From positions 1-64,000 of IMG/VR virus record IMGVR_UViG_3300021478_000216: DNA of 64,000 nucleotides; one strand, 5' to 3'. This DNA comes from a virus. The position numbers and the translations under genes were made by a program. The notes under the pieces are model-generated. The model saw only the letters and a program-made list of their open reading frames with translations. It ran no database searches and was not told where the DNA came from. Below, piece after piece: positions 27,930 to 38,632 of the stretch. How positions within the stretch are numbered: position 1 is the first letter of the stretch; every line of letters starts with the position of its first letter.

Positions 27930-28313
27930 ATGGCAGTTCTCGCGCTCGGGCCCGGCGTTTCGCCTGGGTTCCAGCAGCTAGTAGGAAACGGCGTGCTCGA
28001 CACGACCGCGATGACGTACGCGACGCTTGGTGCTAACACCGGTATCACGTTTCCCAATATTCCAGGGCTCACGCTTGTGTTCTGTAAGACAGTTACAGGT
28101 GACCCTGCAGCTACGATCACACCAGGCGCTCAGATCCTGGGTGTGAGCATTCCTGCTATCGCGCTTGTCGAGGCGGTTGCAGCCCATGTGTACCTGCTCG
28201 GCCCATTCTATACGGTGGACGCGAACGCAGGCACCAACTTGGTCCAGATCAACTTCGGTACTCCGGCGAACGTGTCAGGTGTCGTTGTTGTTCAGTCCGG
28301 CGGCGTTTACTAG
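27930..28313 (+). CDS. virion structural protein
   Basis: Beta-rich; adjacent to the major tail protein. Confidence 0.55.
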   Translation: MAVLALGPGVSPGFQQLVGNGVLDTTAMTYATLGANTGITFPNIPGLTLVFCKTVTGDPAATITPGAQILGVSIPAIALVEAVAAHVYLLGPFYTVDANAGTNLVQINFGTPANVSGVVVVQSGGVY

Positions 28314-28328
28314 GAGGTGTGAGACAGC

Positions 28329-28961
28329 ATGACAGGATACGTAGGCGTCACTCCAGGTAACGTCGTTCAGGGGCCTGCGACGATCTACTGGGGAGTCTTC
28401 GGTGCAGTGACCGAGCCTCCCGTGACCAACGCGTCGATCAAGACAGACCCGGTCTCGGCAGGTGGCGCGGGATACACTGACTTCGGCGGCACGATGGGCG
28501 GCGTCCAGTGGGAGGCGGCGTACACGTATGGCCAGATCAAGGCTGACCAGGCCGTCGACCCGATCGGAGCTCGACTTACGGGTCGCGCGATCACGGTAAC
28601 AGTGTCACTTCTCGAAGCGACGCTGGCTAACCTTCAGGAGGCGATGAACCAGTCAGCTACACTGTCTGTCGGCTCCGGTATCAACACTCTCGACCCGGGC
28701 GGCGCGATCGCAGCTCCTGGAACGAACACGCCGAACATCACGCAGCCAACGTACAGCGCGCTACTCATCGACGGTTGGGCACCGAACCTAGGCAGCGGTG
28801 CTGTCGCGAGGCGACGGTTCATCGTACGCAAGGTCCTCAACGATGTCAAGGCGACGGCGAAGTACGACCTGGCTACGCAGTCGGTGTGGGCCTGTACGTT
28901 CACAGCGTACTACGTGAGCGCTGTGACCTCACCATTCGTCATCTACGACCAGACCACCTAG
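28329..28961 (+). CDS. major tail protein
   Basis: NVVQGPATIY, DFGGTMGGV, LLEATLANL, RRFIVRKV. Confidence 0.8.
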   Translation: MTGYVGVTPGNVVQGPATIYWGVFGAVTEPPVTNASIKTDPVSAGGAGYTDFGGTMGGVQWEAAYTYGQIKADQAVDPIGARLTGRAITVTVSLLEATLANLQEAMNQSATLSVGSGINTLDPGGAIAAPGTNTPNITQPTYSALLIDGWAPNLGSGAVARRRFIVRKVLNDVKATAKYDLATQSVWACTFTAYYVSAVTSPFVIYDQTT

Positions 28962-28973
28962 GAGGGGACTGCA

Positions 28974-29378
28974 ATGGCGGACACCACGCAGTCGGACTCG
29001 CCGGAAGTCGACAGCACTCCCGGCGAGTTCGAAGTTCTGAAGCTTTCTACCAAGACCAAGAAGAAGGACGTCGAGTACGTCGACCTCTTCGAGATCGACG
29101 ATGTCATGTACCAGGTGCCCAAGAAGCCTTCGCCGACTGTAGGTCTCAGGTTTCTGTACATCATGAAGCACGAAGGTGCTGAAGAGGCAGCCTACTACAT
29201 GTTGACTACTATGCTCGGCGAAGAGGGCTATGACGCTCTCATGAACTACGAAGATCTGGAACAAGAGCAGTACGACTTCGTTCTAACAGCCGCTATCAGG
29301 ATCGCGACGGGCAAGACCGAGAACCCAAAAGTCTCGGTGAAGAGCCAGCGGCCTGGATCAAGAGGGCGGCGCAGATAA
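28974..29378 (+). CDS. tail assembly chaperone (G)
   Basis: Between the major tail and tape measure genes; slippery site near the 3' end. Confidence 0.8.
   Translation: MADTTQSDSPEVDSTPGEFEVLKLSTKTKKKDVEYVDLFEIDDVMYQVPKKPSPTVGLRFLYIMKHEGAEEAAYYMLTTMLGEEGYDALMNYEDLEQEQYDFVLTAAIRIATGKTENPKVSVKSQRPGSRGRRR
29324..29330 (+). promoter_or_regulatory. -1 programmed ribosomal frameshift site C CCA AAA
   Basis: XXXYYYZ heptamer; the -1 frame (NPKSLGEEPAAWIKRAAQIIW...) is open into the 29405..29779 ORF. Confidence 0.75.
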
Positions 29379-29779
29379 TATGGATCATAGATTGTCTCGA
29401 CAGTGTGTGCAGCGACATGAGCGTATTGCACCGTGTCAGAGACATCTGCGAGCTAGATGGTCCGACGTTCTTTACTCTCGCATACAGGCTTCCTGCGTAC
29501 GAAGGTGCCACAAGGGTAGCTCTGACGGATCTATTCGAGGGTATGGAAGAGGAAGAAGCTGCGGCGGCTTTGGAGGCGGAAGCAAGTAAGTATCCGCCTA
29601 GATATGTAGATGTAGACCTAGACGAGATGCGTGTAAAGGAGGGTAGAGTAGTGGGAACGCCTAAGGCTGTTCGTGAAGATCGAGCAGCTACGCTTCAAGA
29701 ACTTCGGGCTTCTGGTCCCGCTGCTCCTGCTCTAGGTCAGTTGGCTCCCATTTTCGAGATGCCGGTGGTGACGGACTAG
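29330..29779 (+). CDS. tail assembly chaperone frameshift extension (GT)
   Basis: SDMSVLHRV...GPTFFTLAYRLPAYEGA, reached by the -1 frameshift. Confidence 0.72.
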   Translation, partial: SLGEEPAAWIKRAAQIIWIIDCLDSVCSDMSVLHRVRDICELDGPTFFTLAYRLPAYEGATRVALTDLFEGMEEEEAAAALEAEASKYPPRYVDVDLDEMRVKEGRVVGTPKAVREDRAATLQELRASGPAAPALGQLAPIFEMPVVTD

Positions 29780-32700
29780 ATGGCTGGATTCAGGGTTGCG
29801 CAAGGTTACGTCGAAGTCGATGTTGACTATGCTCAGCTTGATTCAGCTGTCGCAGGCATTAAGGCTCGACTCGCAGCAGTTAAGGACGCTTCGATCACGC
29901 TGGGTATAAACCAGAGGCAGGTCGACGCCGCGATCACCGAAATCATGGCTAAGATCAAGGCGCTTCAGGCTCAGGCTTTGTCTCTAGGCGGAATCAATCA
30001 GGCTGCGTTCGATGCTTCTATCGCCGAGATCAGAGCTAAGCTTGAAGGCTTGCAGTCTCTGACGAACATTGATTTGAAGGTTTCTGGGGTTGCTGAAGCT
30101 GTCGCAGGTCTGGAAGCTCTTAGAGCTGCTGCGAACGAAACGATTCCGCTGGTTGAGCGAGGCAACGGTCTGTTCGGTGTATGGAACAGTACGATTCAGC
30201 TTTTCGGCGGATACCTGACTAGGATTGGTGTGCCTGCGCTGTTTGCCACTGCAGGCACTATCCACATCGTGATCGATGCTATCGCCGAAACTCTGGCTAT
30301 TCTTATTCCCGCTGGCATCGCTCTGGCAGCTTTTGGAATTGCGGCTAGTAGTACCTTCAATGACATCGTGCACTCCGAGCAAGCGATGTTTACGATTACA
30401 ACTGCTCTTAATCAGCAGTTCCCAGGCCTGACGTCTGGTCTGCAGCACTTTACAGACTCTGTAAAGCCTAATGTCTATATCCTGTTCGGCGAAGCGCTAG
30501 ACACTATTAACAAGCACACATCTATGTTCCAGCAACTAGCTACTGGCGCGGGACAGGTTCTAGACGGATTGGGTGCTAGGGCTGAAGCAGCTCTTGGCGG
30601 TAACGGTCTTGACGGATTTATTGCCAAGGGTGTTGGCGACCTAAGGCTCCTCGGTGATATCATAGCGAACGTTTTCGGAATCCTCGGAAACTTCCTACAT
30701 GCTCTGCCTGGTGTTGCAGAAGTTCTGTTTATGGCGATCAGGAACATTACAGGCGCTCTAGAACTTATGACCAGTAGCGGAATCGTCCAAGGGATCTTGG
30801 ATGTCGCTATGGGATTCCACGGGATGTTGCTCTGGGCAGGTCTAGCTGTCACTGGATTGGTAGCGCTTCAAGGCCCGTTGGTAAACTTGGGCATCTGGTT
30901 CTTCGGTCTAGTTGCTGCTATTAGAACGTATATTGCAAGCGTTATAGCAGCTGAAGGAGTAACGGCTACCTTCGAGGCTATCTTGGCTCCTCTGGCTGCG
31001 ATTAACCCGTTCGTATGGGTTGCTATAGCTGTCGGAGCTCTAATAGCTCTTGCCGTTTGGTTGAGTAATACTACGAACGCGTGGCAGGCTCAGTACAACG
31101 CTATTATCCAGAACGTGAACGCTGCTACGACGTTTACACAGGCACAGTTGATCCTGGCTCAAGGACTTCAGCAGACTAATGCAGAACTGCAGAAGACACC
31201 GCAGTACATCCAGGTTATGACGCACGCTGGTCATGATAACTACGTTATGACTACGGAACTGAACCCTGCTTATCAGGCCTTGCAGCAGAACGTATCGGGA
31301 CTCAGCTCTGCTCAGGCGACGCTTGGTACGCGCATGCAGCAGTTGGTGCAGATCACGGGTAGCCAGTCTACTGCTCTTAACGACCTAAACGCTCTAGGTG
31401 TCAAGGCTGGTCAGATCGCGACAGAGTCTGCGCAGGCATTTAATAGTCAGAAGCTGCAGATTCAAGCCTTGACTGATGCTACTACTCAGCTAGCAGGGTT
31501 CCAGAGTGGTCCTGCAGCTGCTGCTCAGAACGCTCTGACAAACCAGTACATGCAGGAGACGCTTCCGGCGATCCAGAAGATCACGCAGGCCGAAGGCAAC
31601 CTGATGAACGTGATCACGGGCAGCCAGCTAGCGTTCGACACATTCGGTCAGGGTATCGCTACTCTGGCGACGAACTTTAATCAGGTAACGGGGACGTCGC
31701 TTACAACGACGCACACACTGACAGGCCTTAGGAGTACAGCGTCGCTCGCGGGTGCAGCACTGGATGGAACTAGCCAGGCTAGCGACGCCTTGAATGCAGC
31801 GTTCTACACATCGATCCAGAACGCCCAGAAGCTAAATGGCGCGCTGATGGAGCAGAGCATCTCGCAGAAGGACCTAGCTAAGGTTGTTGCTACTAGCGCT
31901 GGCCAGATGCTCGGTTACGCCGGTAATAATGATGCAGCCCGTCAGTCCCTTGTAGCCCTGATCAATAACGCCTTGGGCCCTGGGACTGTATCGCTTCAGA
32001 ATCTTGACCAGTGGGTCGGAACCAATCAAGTTTCGATGTCCCAGTATCGAGGGATCATCGATAAGACTACTGCTTCTGCTAGTCAGCTAACAGGCGTGCT
32101 TGGCTCTACACTACAGCAGATGCAGGCTATAGCGTTGTTCCAGGCTGAAGGCGGCCAGCAGGCTTGGAATATCTTTACGTCAGACATCATTAGTGGTAAG
32201 ACTCATTCCGATGCGTTTAAGCAATCCGTGACCGACGTTGCGACTCAATTGCTTATCCAGTCGAACAATAGCCTGCCAGCTGCACAGCGCGCCTTCGAGC
32301 AGTATGCGGGCCAGTTGGGAATAACCAAGCAGGACGCCGACGCTCTGTGGCAGCAGTCGCTACCGAGCCTGCAGCACTTCATCGATAGCATGCATGGTAA
32401 GAAGCTCGATATCACGGCTAGTACGGCTCAGGCCATGTCGCAGGCGATAGCTCTACAGCAGTACCTTGATGCCATGCATGGAGTGAACCTTGCGATCACG
32501 GTTACACAGCAAGTGGCGCTGGCTCAGGGCGGCATGAACCCTATGAAGCACGCTGCAGGTGGTAAGATCACTGGAGGGACCACGTCGACGGCTGACGATG
32601 TCCTGGCTCTTGTGTCTAAGGACGAAACGATTGTGAGCGCAGCTCACTCGCAGGTTTTGGCTCCTGTGTTTAAACAGCTAGGTGTCCCTGGATATGCTAG

Positions 32701-33457
32701 CGGTGGTGTTCCTCATCACAAGTCGACCTTTGTGCCTGTAAGTGAAATAAACGTACTTCTCGCAGCTGGTCTAGGCAGTAGCAACGCGAATGTATTGAAG
32801 GCAGCTCATAAGGTCCAGTCAGATAAGGGAAACCTGGCCACGGAACGAGCCGACGCGCGGTCGCTGTACGGTCTCCTTTACGGTAAGACTTACAACTACG
32901 CTTCAGTGCCTCATATCAGCGGATCTACTACGACTCATCACACGACTAGTCATCACACGACTACGCATCACATATCAGCAGCTCACATGCAGCACTTGCT
33001 GGGCATGGGTCTGGGTAGTCATGTAGCTGCAGCGCACAACGCAGCTGTAGGTCTAGAACATGCTTCAGCTGGCGGCAAGCAAGCAGCAGCGGCTAACCTT
33101 GAAGCTGTGCTACACCAGCTCCACATGGAGCACAGGGCTCACCAGGCCTACATAAAGGCTCATAGCGGGAAGCATCATAGCTCAGGTGGCTATCTACCTG
33201 CAGGAGCCTGGGGTTATGCTGGTGAGTCTGGTATGGAATCGATTACGTCACTACCAGACGGTGGAACACAGATTACGCCTATGCCAGGTGGAGTCGATCT
33301 AGGCACTAAGCTAGACACGTTGATTAGCCTAACTCAGAGGCTGATAGACACGACAGCAGCTGTTCCAGCAGGAGTCGGGAACAAGGTCGGTAGTGCCTTG
33401 ATGTCAGGCGGAGCTAGAGCATCAACTAACATGCGTTATGGACGGGGCGGAGCGTAA
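29780..33457 (+). CDS. tape measure protein
   Basis: 1225 aa Ala/Gln/Leu helical, central TM region, GFRVAQGYVEV start, HAAGG/YASGG motifs. Confidence 0.9.
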   Translation: MAGFRVAQGYVEVDVDYAQLDSAVAGIKARLAAVKDASITLGINQRQVDAAITEIMAKIKALQAQALSLGGINQAAFDASIAEIRAKLEGLQSLTNIDLKVSGVAEAVAGLEALRAAANETIPLVERGNGLFGVWNSTIQLFGGYLTRIGVPALFATAGTIHIVIDAIAETLAILIPAGIALAAFGIAASSTFNDIVHSEQAMFTITTALNQQFPGLTSGLQHFTDSVKPNVYILFGEALDTINKHTSMFQQLATGAGQVLDGLGARAEAALGGNGLDGFIAKGVGDLRLLGDIIANVFGILGNFLHALPGVAEVLFMAIRNITGALELMTSSGIVQGILDVAMGFHGMLLWAGLAVTGLVALQGPLVNLGIWFFGLVAAIRTYIASVIAAEGVTATFEAILAPLAAINPFVWVAIAVGALIALAVWLSNTTNAWQAQYNAIIQNVNAATTFTQAQLILAQGLQQTNAELQKTPQYIQVMTHAGHDNYVMTTELNPAYQALQQNVSGLSSAQATLGTRMQQLVQITGSQSTALNDLNALGVKAGQIATESAQAFNSQKLQIQALTDATTQLAGFQSGPAAAAQNALTNQYMQETLPAIQKITQAEGNLMNVITGSQLAFDTFGQGIATLATNFNQVTGTSLTTTHTLTGLRSTASLAGAALDGTSQASDALNAAFYTSIQNAQKLNGALMEQSISQKDLAKVVATSAGQMLGYAGNNDAARQSLVALINNALGPGTVSLQNLDQWVGTNQVSMSQYRGIIDKTTASASQLTGVLGSTLQQMQAIALFQAEGGQQAWNIFTSDIISGKTHSDAFKQSVTDVATQLLIQSNNSLPAAQRAFEQYAGQLGITKQDADALWQQSLPSLQHFIDSMHGKKLDITASTAQAMSQAIALQQYLDAMHGVNLAITVTQQVALAQGGMNPMKHAAGGKITGGTTSTADDVLALVSKDETIVSAAHSQVLAPVFKQLGVPGYASGGVPHHKSTFVPVSEINVLLAAGLGSSNANVLKAAHKVQSDKGNLATERADARSLYGLLYGKTYNYASVPHISGSTTTHHTTSHHTTTHHISAAHMQHLLGMGLGSHVAAAHNAAVGLEHASAGGKQAAAANLEAVLHQLHMEHRAHQAYIKAHSGKHHSSGGYLPAGAWGYAGESGMESITSLPDGGTQITPMPGGVDLGTKLDTLISLTQRLIDTTAAVPAGVGNKVGSALMSGGARASTNMRYGRGGA

Positions 33458-36400
33458 ATGGTACACTCCCTGATTATTTCGAACCAGATCGAGCTGATCG
33501 GCGAAGTTCCATCTACGAATCCTCGCTGTCTCGGAGCTATCTTCAGGTTGTCGTCCGATACTAGTTCGCAGCGCTTGGACTTGGGCGCTCCTCAGCCAAC
33601 AACGGACTTCGTGGCGTCGCTGCTTCTAGACGGTGAACGTCCGTTCGGTCGTAGGTCTAGTAACCGAACGATCAAGCTGCCTATATCGATCAACGCTCCT
33701 AGCACGACGGTTCTTGCAGGTGCGATGGAGGTCTTGCAATCAGCCGTTGACCAGGACATGTGGATCCTGCAGTGGACACGAGATCCAGGCCAGGGTAACC
33801 CACAGCTGCCTCTGTTTCTTGACTGCTTCCGTGCGAACCCCTCAGTGCCTGTATACAACCTGACTGACATTACTCAGTGCTATGCTGAGATTCTGCTAAC
33901 GATCCCCGCTCTGCCCTACGGTCGTTCTAATATCCGTAGACAGCTGTCGTTCCAGTCTCCTGTTCCTGCATCGCCGCCTCCTCCTCCAGCTCCTGTAGTT
34001 CTGGATAACTACTCAACGATTTCTAGTTCTCAGTTCCAGCAGTCGTCTCAATGTGTCGTAGGTCCTCACTCAGGCTTCTGGGACCCTGACTTTTTCGGAG
34101 ATCAGGGAGGTCAGGTTTCGCAGCTGTCGTACAGTTCAGTCTTTACAACTACGCAGAACCTGACTTCTATGGTTTCCCTGCAGTTCTACCTGGGTCTAGG
34201 TACTCGATACTATCACAACCTGGAACACCACGGCGTTACTGAAGGCGTCGAGATCACGATTAACTTCACTGACGTTCTAGGTAATGTTCTGTCGTTGTCT
34301 CGTAACAACTTGAGAATACCTGTATCACCGGTCGTATCAGCACCCTGCTTTAGCCTAGTAACTGTCCCGATTCCACAGAACTCTCAGGTATTCCAGTACA
34401 ATGCTGTGGTAAGTTACAGCATGACGATTACTAACAGGCGCGACTTCGGCAATCCGCGGTTCTCTAACGTCTCGGCTTACATTGATGCGCTGACTGCATA
34501 TCCTTCAACTCAAACAGTCCAGCCTGTTACTAGGGGCTTCGTACACCAGCTCTACGAGCTGATAGGTACCGCTCGAGCCCCTATGGCTCTATCGTTTCAG
34601 CAGCTACCGTCGGCTGGTACGCCTACTACGATTACTGCTATAGGTATCGGAAACTATACGGTTCCTGCGTTGACGGCTTATGTTAAGTCTGAAGTCTGGG
34701 CCGCTGGCGGTCCTGGTAGTTCTCGGACTAGCTCTGGCTTCGGTGGCGGAGGCGGTTCTGGCGGCTACTCTCGTGAGAACGTGTTCCCTTGTTCTTCAGG
34801 AGACGTAATTCCTTACAGCGTTGGTGCTGGCGGAACTCCTGGTACTAACGGAGCTGCGACTTACTTCGGACCCGGGCCAGCTAGCCCTCTAGTCGTAACA
34901 GCTAACCCTGGTCAGGCTGCGCCCGCTAACTCGATCACCGGCGGCCTGGGTGGTGCCGCGTCAAGTAACTCAATCAGTTTCTCAGGGGCAGCTGGTCGAA
35001 CAGCTTCGGGCAGTGTAGGCGGAGGTGGCGCTTCTTCTGCAGGGCCGACTAGCGCGGGTCAGTCACCTATGGGTACATCAGCTGTCATTCTGACAGGTAG
35101 CGGTAACTGGACAGCCCCGCTAGGTGTATCACAGGTCTATGTCGAGTGCTGGGCGCCTGGAGGTTCGGGTGCATGTGGTGGTCCTAGCACTAACGGTAGC
35201 GGCGGCGGTGCCGGCGAATACGTGGCTGCTAATGTAAACGTAGTCGGTGGCAACTCGTACGTTTACGCTTGTGGTACCGGCGGTACACTAGTCAACGGCA
35301 GCTCGATTAACGGGCATGCAGGATCTGGCCCCACTACGTTTACAGGAGCGAACGGTACCGTAACTGCTAACCCTGGAGCAGCTGGTCTTGGTGTAGCATA
35401 TCCTGAGCCTGGAGGCGCTGGTGGTTCGGGCGGTAGCTTTACCGGAGGTCCGTATATAGAGTTCCCCGGTGGTAACGGTGGCGCTTCTAATCCATATCCA
35501 GGTTCTGGTGGTTCTAGCGGTTCGGCTGCAGGTGCTGGTAATAATGGTGTTAGCACTGGAACTTCTTCGACTCCTGCTCCTGCAGGCGGTGGTGCGGGAG
35601 GTGCGAGCTCTGGACCGACGAATAACATTGGACAGCCTGGTTCGGCTCCAGGTGGCGGTGGTGGTGGTACTTACAATGCAGGCAACAACTCTGGTGCAGG
35701 AGCTAACGGACAAATCCGTATTACTTATCCTGGAGGCGCACCTACTAATAACGGCGCAGCTGCAGTCAGCGGAGGCGGTGCGGGAGGCAACGGTGGAGGC
35801 TCGGCTAATACTCCAGGTAGCAACGGTAGTAACCCTGGAGGCGGCGGTGGTGGCGCTGACTCTAGCGGAACTGCTGAGACTGGTGGTAACGGTGGTAACG
35901 GCCAGCTAACTGTTACACCTTATAGTAGTGCGGCTTTCAAGACGCTGCTTGTTCATAGGCCTCCTCTAGGGTGCAATCCGAACTTCCAGCCTCTGGTAAG
36001 TATCGGTAACGGTAGCGACGTGCCTAATGGTGGTACGCAGTATACGATGCCTCAGCCTGTAGCAGGCGTGCCTGCAGACTTCGGCGGCACGTATACGATA
36101 TATGCAATCAACAAGACCTGGAACGGCTCAGGTACTAGGACTGTTACAGTTACCGTGACGCAGAAGGAATCTGCATCAGGGGCTTCTCACAGCGTCTCTA
36201 CTATACCGGTAACATTCACGCCTTCTCAGGTTACAAACGGGTTCCTAGTAGCTGGTGTCCTGACGCTTCCTAACTGGAAATTGGCACCTGACAATGTCGG
36301 AGCCGTGTATACAGTATCTATTAACGACACGAACACGTCAGACCGATTCTACGACCTGATCTTCGTAGACACCCAAGGTCAGACGATTCTGATCAATGAG

Positions 36401-36655
36401 CCTACTACAGGCTACATCAACTACTACATTGACATCCCTGATCCTAACGTCAACCTCGGTAACATCATGGGTAGTCAGAGTGGTCGTCCGAATGCTATTA
36501 GTGTACAGGATCAGACAACTGTCTCAGGTGTCTGTCTATTCCTTGAACCAACAGACTGCATAAACCAGCTATTTGTGTACAGCGTCGATGCAGCAGCTGG
36601 GATCGCTGTCTCTGCTGAGTATTATCCTCACTGGTGGTTTGACAGGTCTCAATAG
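33458..36655 (+). CDS. minor tail protein (distal-tail-like) with glycine-rich insertion
   Basis: Follows TMP; NRTIKLPI; long GGGGG-rich central domain. Confidence 0.75.
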   Translation: MVHSLIISNQIELIGEVPSTNPRCLGAIFRLSSDTSSQRLDLGAPQPTTDFVASLLLDGERPFGRRSSNRTIKLPISINAPSTTVLAGAMEVLQSAVDQDMWILQWTRDPGQGNPQLPLFLDCFRANPSVPVYNLTDITQCYAEILLTIPALPYGRSNIRRQLSFQSPVPASPPPPPAPVVLDNYSTISSSQFQQSSQCVVGPHSGFWDPDFFGDQGGQVSQLSYSSVFTTTQNLTSMVSLQFYLGLGTRYYHNLEHHGVTEGVEITINFTDVLGNVLSLSRNNLRIPVSPVVSAPCFSLVTVPIPQNSQVFQYNAVVSYSMTITNRRDFGNPRFSNVSAYIDALTAYPSTQTVQPVTRGFVHQLYELIGTARAPMALSFQQLPSAGTPTTITAIGIGNYTVPALTAYVKSEVWAAGGPGSSRTSSGFGGGGGSGGYSRENVFPCSSGDVIPYSVGAGGTPGTNGAATYFGPGPASPLVVTANPGQAAPANSITGGLGGAASSNSISFSGAAGRTASGSVGGGGASSAGPTSAGQSPMGTSAVILTGSGNWTAPLGVSQVYVECWAPGGSGACGGPSTNGSGGGAGEYVAANVNVVGGNSYVYACGTGGTLVNGSSINGHAGSGPTTFTGANGTVTANPGAAGLGVAYPEPGGAGGSGGSFTGGPYIEFPGGNGGASNPYPGSGGSSGSAAGAGNNGVSTGTSSTPAPAGGGAGGASSGPTNNIGQPGSAPGGGGGGTYNAGNNSGAGANGQIRITYPGGAPTNNGAAAVSGGGAGGNGGGSANTPGSNGSNPGGGGGGADSSGTAETGGNGGNGQLTVTPYSSAAFKTLLVHRPPLGCNPNFQPLVSIGNGSDVPNGGTQYTMPQPVAGVPADFGGTYTIYAINKTWNGSGTRTVTVTVTQKESASGASHSVSTIPVTFTPSQVTNGFLVAGVLTLPNWKLAPDNVGAVYTVSINDTNTSDRFYDLIFVDTQGQTILINEPTTGYINYYIDIPDPNVNLGNIMGSQSGRPNAISVQDQTTVSGVCLFLEPTDCINQLFVYSVDAAAGIAVSAEYYPHWWFDRSQ

Positions 36656-36660
36656 GAGGT

Positions 36661-37836
36661 TTGGTGACTGGACAGTTTACTGCTACGTACCCAGCATATC
36701 CTGGGACTAGTCAAGTTGCAACAGCTGTGCCGGGTACTTCAAACTGGCGATACATGGGGTCTATAGGTCAGATGACGGCGCTGACCTACAGCTTCAGCTG
36801 TCCTGGAGGTTGCTTCGATAGCGCCTGGACTCTACGAGTACCTATTGCCTATCGTGACCAGTCGTTCAACCCAGGAGATCTAGTTAGAATCACACGAGGA
36901 GGTCACCAAGTATGGAAGGGCAAGCTCGACGAAGCCCAGCCTTCTTCCAGTGGATGGAACTTCACTGCTACAGGTGACGGAGCTAGAGGTTCTGACTTCG
37001 TAGCTTACTATACGGATCCTTGGCCTGTAAGTCAGCCTGACGAGTCCGTAAACAATGCGATCACGCGCGGCTTGCCTTGGGTGAATCCTGGAATAGGTAC
37101 TCCTACTGGCATATGGCTGGGCCAAGGAGTCGATCCAGGTGCACAGTTTATATCAGACCTACTCAACCTAGTTTGCACTCGCGGAGGCCTAACCTGGTAT
37201 GTTAACAGTCAGCCTGGAGGAAGAATAGGCAGTACCTTGTCGGTGTTTCCTCTACCTACGACTGTTAACCGTCTGATAGTGTCTTCACAGCCTGTGCCTC
37301 GGACACTAGGCGGCTATGTTAATACGCTGTTTATAAGGTACGAAACTGCAGCTGATAGTTCTGGAACTGATCAAGGTTCTGTTACGCCTGCTGCTTTCGC
37401 TACTACTTCAGTACAGAATACTGCTTCAGCAAGTGTCCACGGGGTCATAGAGGACTACATTGACCTGTCGAACGCTGGAATCATGACTCAAGCAGCGGCA
37501 CAGGCTGTAGGTAACAGTGTACTATCGATTTATCAGGCAGCTACGTTTGCAGGTCCTTTTGAGATAAATTACGGGCAGCTGTTGACTACTGGTGGCCAGC
37601 CTATCGATCCAGGAACCGACCAAGCAGGGACAGTTGCTCAACTGATAGTTACAGACTTCGGCTACGGTGGCGAAGTTACTCCTCAGTTCCCAGTGATATT
37701 CCCTGTAGGCAAATATCTATGGGACGACTTCGCTCAAGTAGCTACAGTCACACCGTTCCAGAACCTAGACCAGTCGATTTCAGGTCTTTTGTCGATGGAG
37801 AGTACCGTACTAACGCCTATTACGACTTCGAGTTAA
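36661..37836 (+). CDS. minor tail / baseplate hub protein
   Basis: LTYSFSCPGG, VWKGKLDE; position. Confidence 0.7.
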   Translation: MVTGQFTATYPAYPGTSQVATAVPGTSNWRYMGSIGQMTALTYSFSCPGGCFDSAWTLRVPIAYRDQSFNPGDLVRITRGGHQVWKGKLDEAQPSSSGWNFTATGDGARGSDFVAYYTDPWPVSQPDESVNNAITRGLPWVNPGIGTPTGIWLGQGVDPGAQFISDLLNLVCTRGGLTWYVNSQPGGRIGSTLSVFPLPTTVNRLIVSSQPVPRTLGGYVNTLFIRYETAADSSGTDQGSVTPAAFATTSVQNTASASVHGVIEDYIDLSNAGIMTQAAAQAVGNSVLSIYQAATFAGPFEINYGQLLTTGGQPIDPGTDQAGTVAQLIVTDFGYGGEVTPQFPVIFPVGKYLWDDFAQVATVTPFQNLDQSISGLLSMESTVLTPITTSS

Positions 37837-37844
37837 GGAGCACC

Positions 37845-38297
37845 ATGAAGCAGATCATCACGCAGGCGATAGCACTTATTCCGGTGCTCTGGCTACACGG
37901 AGTCGAGAGTCTGATTGCTCTAGCAGTGTTCTTGCTGATATCGTTGCATGCTAGTTCTTCGAACGTTGCAGCCAAAGCTCGTAGCACTGAAACTCGTGTA
38001 GCTAATCTCGAAGGTATCGTTTTTCCGAACACAGGCGGAACCGTCAACGGAGACGTAAACTCGACTGGGACCGTCTCGGGAAATACTCTCCAGGGTAATC
38101 TCAACGCAGGCTACGTGCAAGGTACGGTCAGCAACGCTAACGTAGCTAACAACCTGAACGGTCTGAACATTCCTCAGAGTCGAGGCGGAGGTATGACTAA
38201 CGCACCGGCTTCGTACTCTCAGTCCTGGGGTGCTTCTGTCGTAACGGAGGTTACTCAGATCAACAATGCACTCGGTAATGCTGGTATCTTCGTGTAA
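37845..38297 (+). CDS. tail tip/fibre-associated protein
   Basis: AGGAG RBS at MKQII; coiled coil ETRVANLE, then beta-helix-like repeats. Confidence 0.55.
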   Translation: MKQIITQAIALIPVLWLHGVESLIALAVFLLISLHASSSNVAAKARSTETRVANLEGIVFPNTGGTVNGDVNSTGTVSGNTLQGNLNAGYVQGTVSNANVANNLNGLNIPQSRGGGMTNAPASYSQSWGASVVTEVTQINNALGNAGIFV

Positions 38298-38309
38298 GGG
38301 AGCAGTATC

Positions 38310-38618
38310 ATGGTAATGTTCGATGAGCTCAACGCGGTGGCTACTGTTAATCAGATCCAGCAGCACCTCGCAGCTCTAATGAGAGCTTTCGAAGCCTGTG
38401 AGGACGACTATGAGTGGTCGTCGGCGTATTCTCAGACCGACTTCGAAGCACCTCCCCTGTCGATGTCAGGTAACGCTTCTCAGCAAGTCTTGAACGCGCT
38501 AGCTGACGTTCACGACCTGTACGAGACTGCTAAGGGGACTCCGGGATTTCCACTTCCGGCTCTGCCGTACAACTTCACTGCATCTATGCGTGCAGTGATA
38601 GGGTCAAGAAATCCTTAG
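38310..38618 (+). CDS. hypothetical protein
   Basis: RBS, operon position. Confidence 0.6.
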   Translation: MVMFDELNAVATVNQIQQHLAALMRAFEACEDDYEWSSAYSQTDFEAPPLSMSGNASQQVLNALADVHDLYETAKGTPGFPLPALPYNFTASMRAVIGSRNP

Positions 38619-38632
38619 ATAAGAAGGTACGG

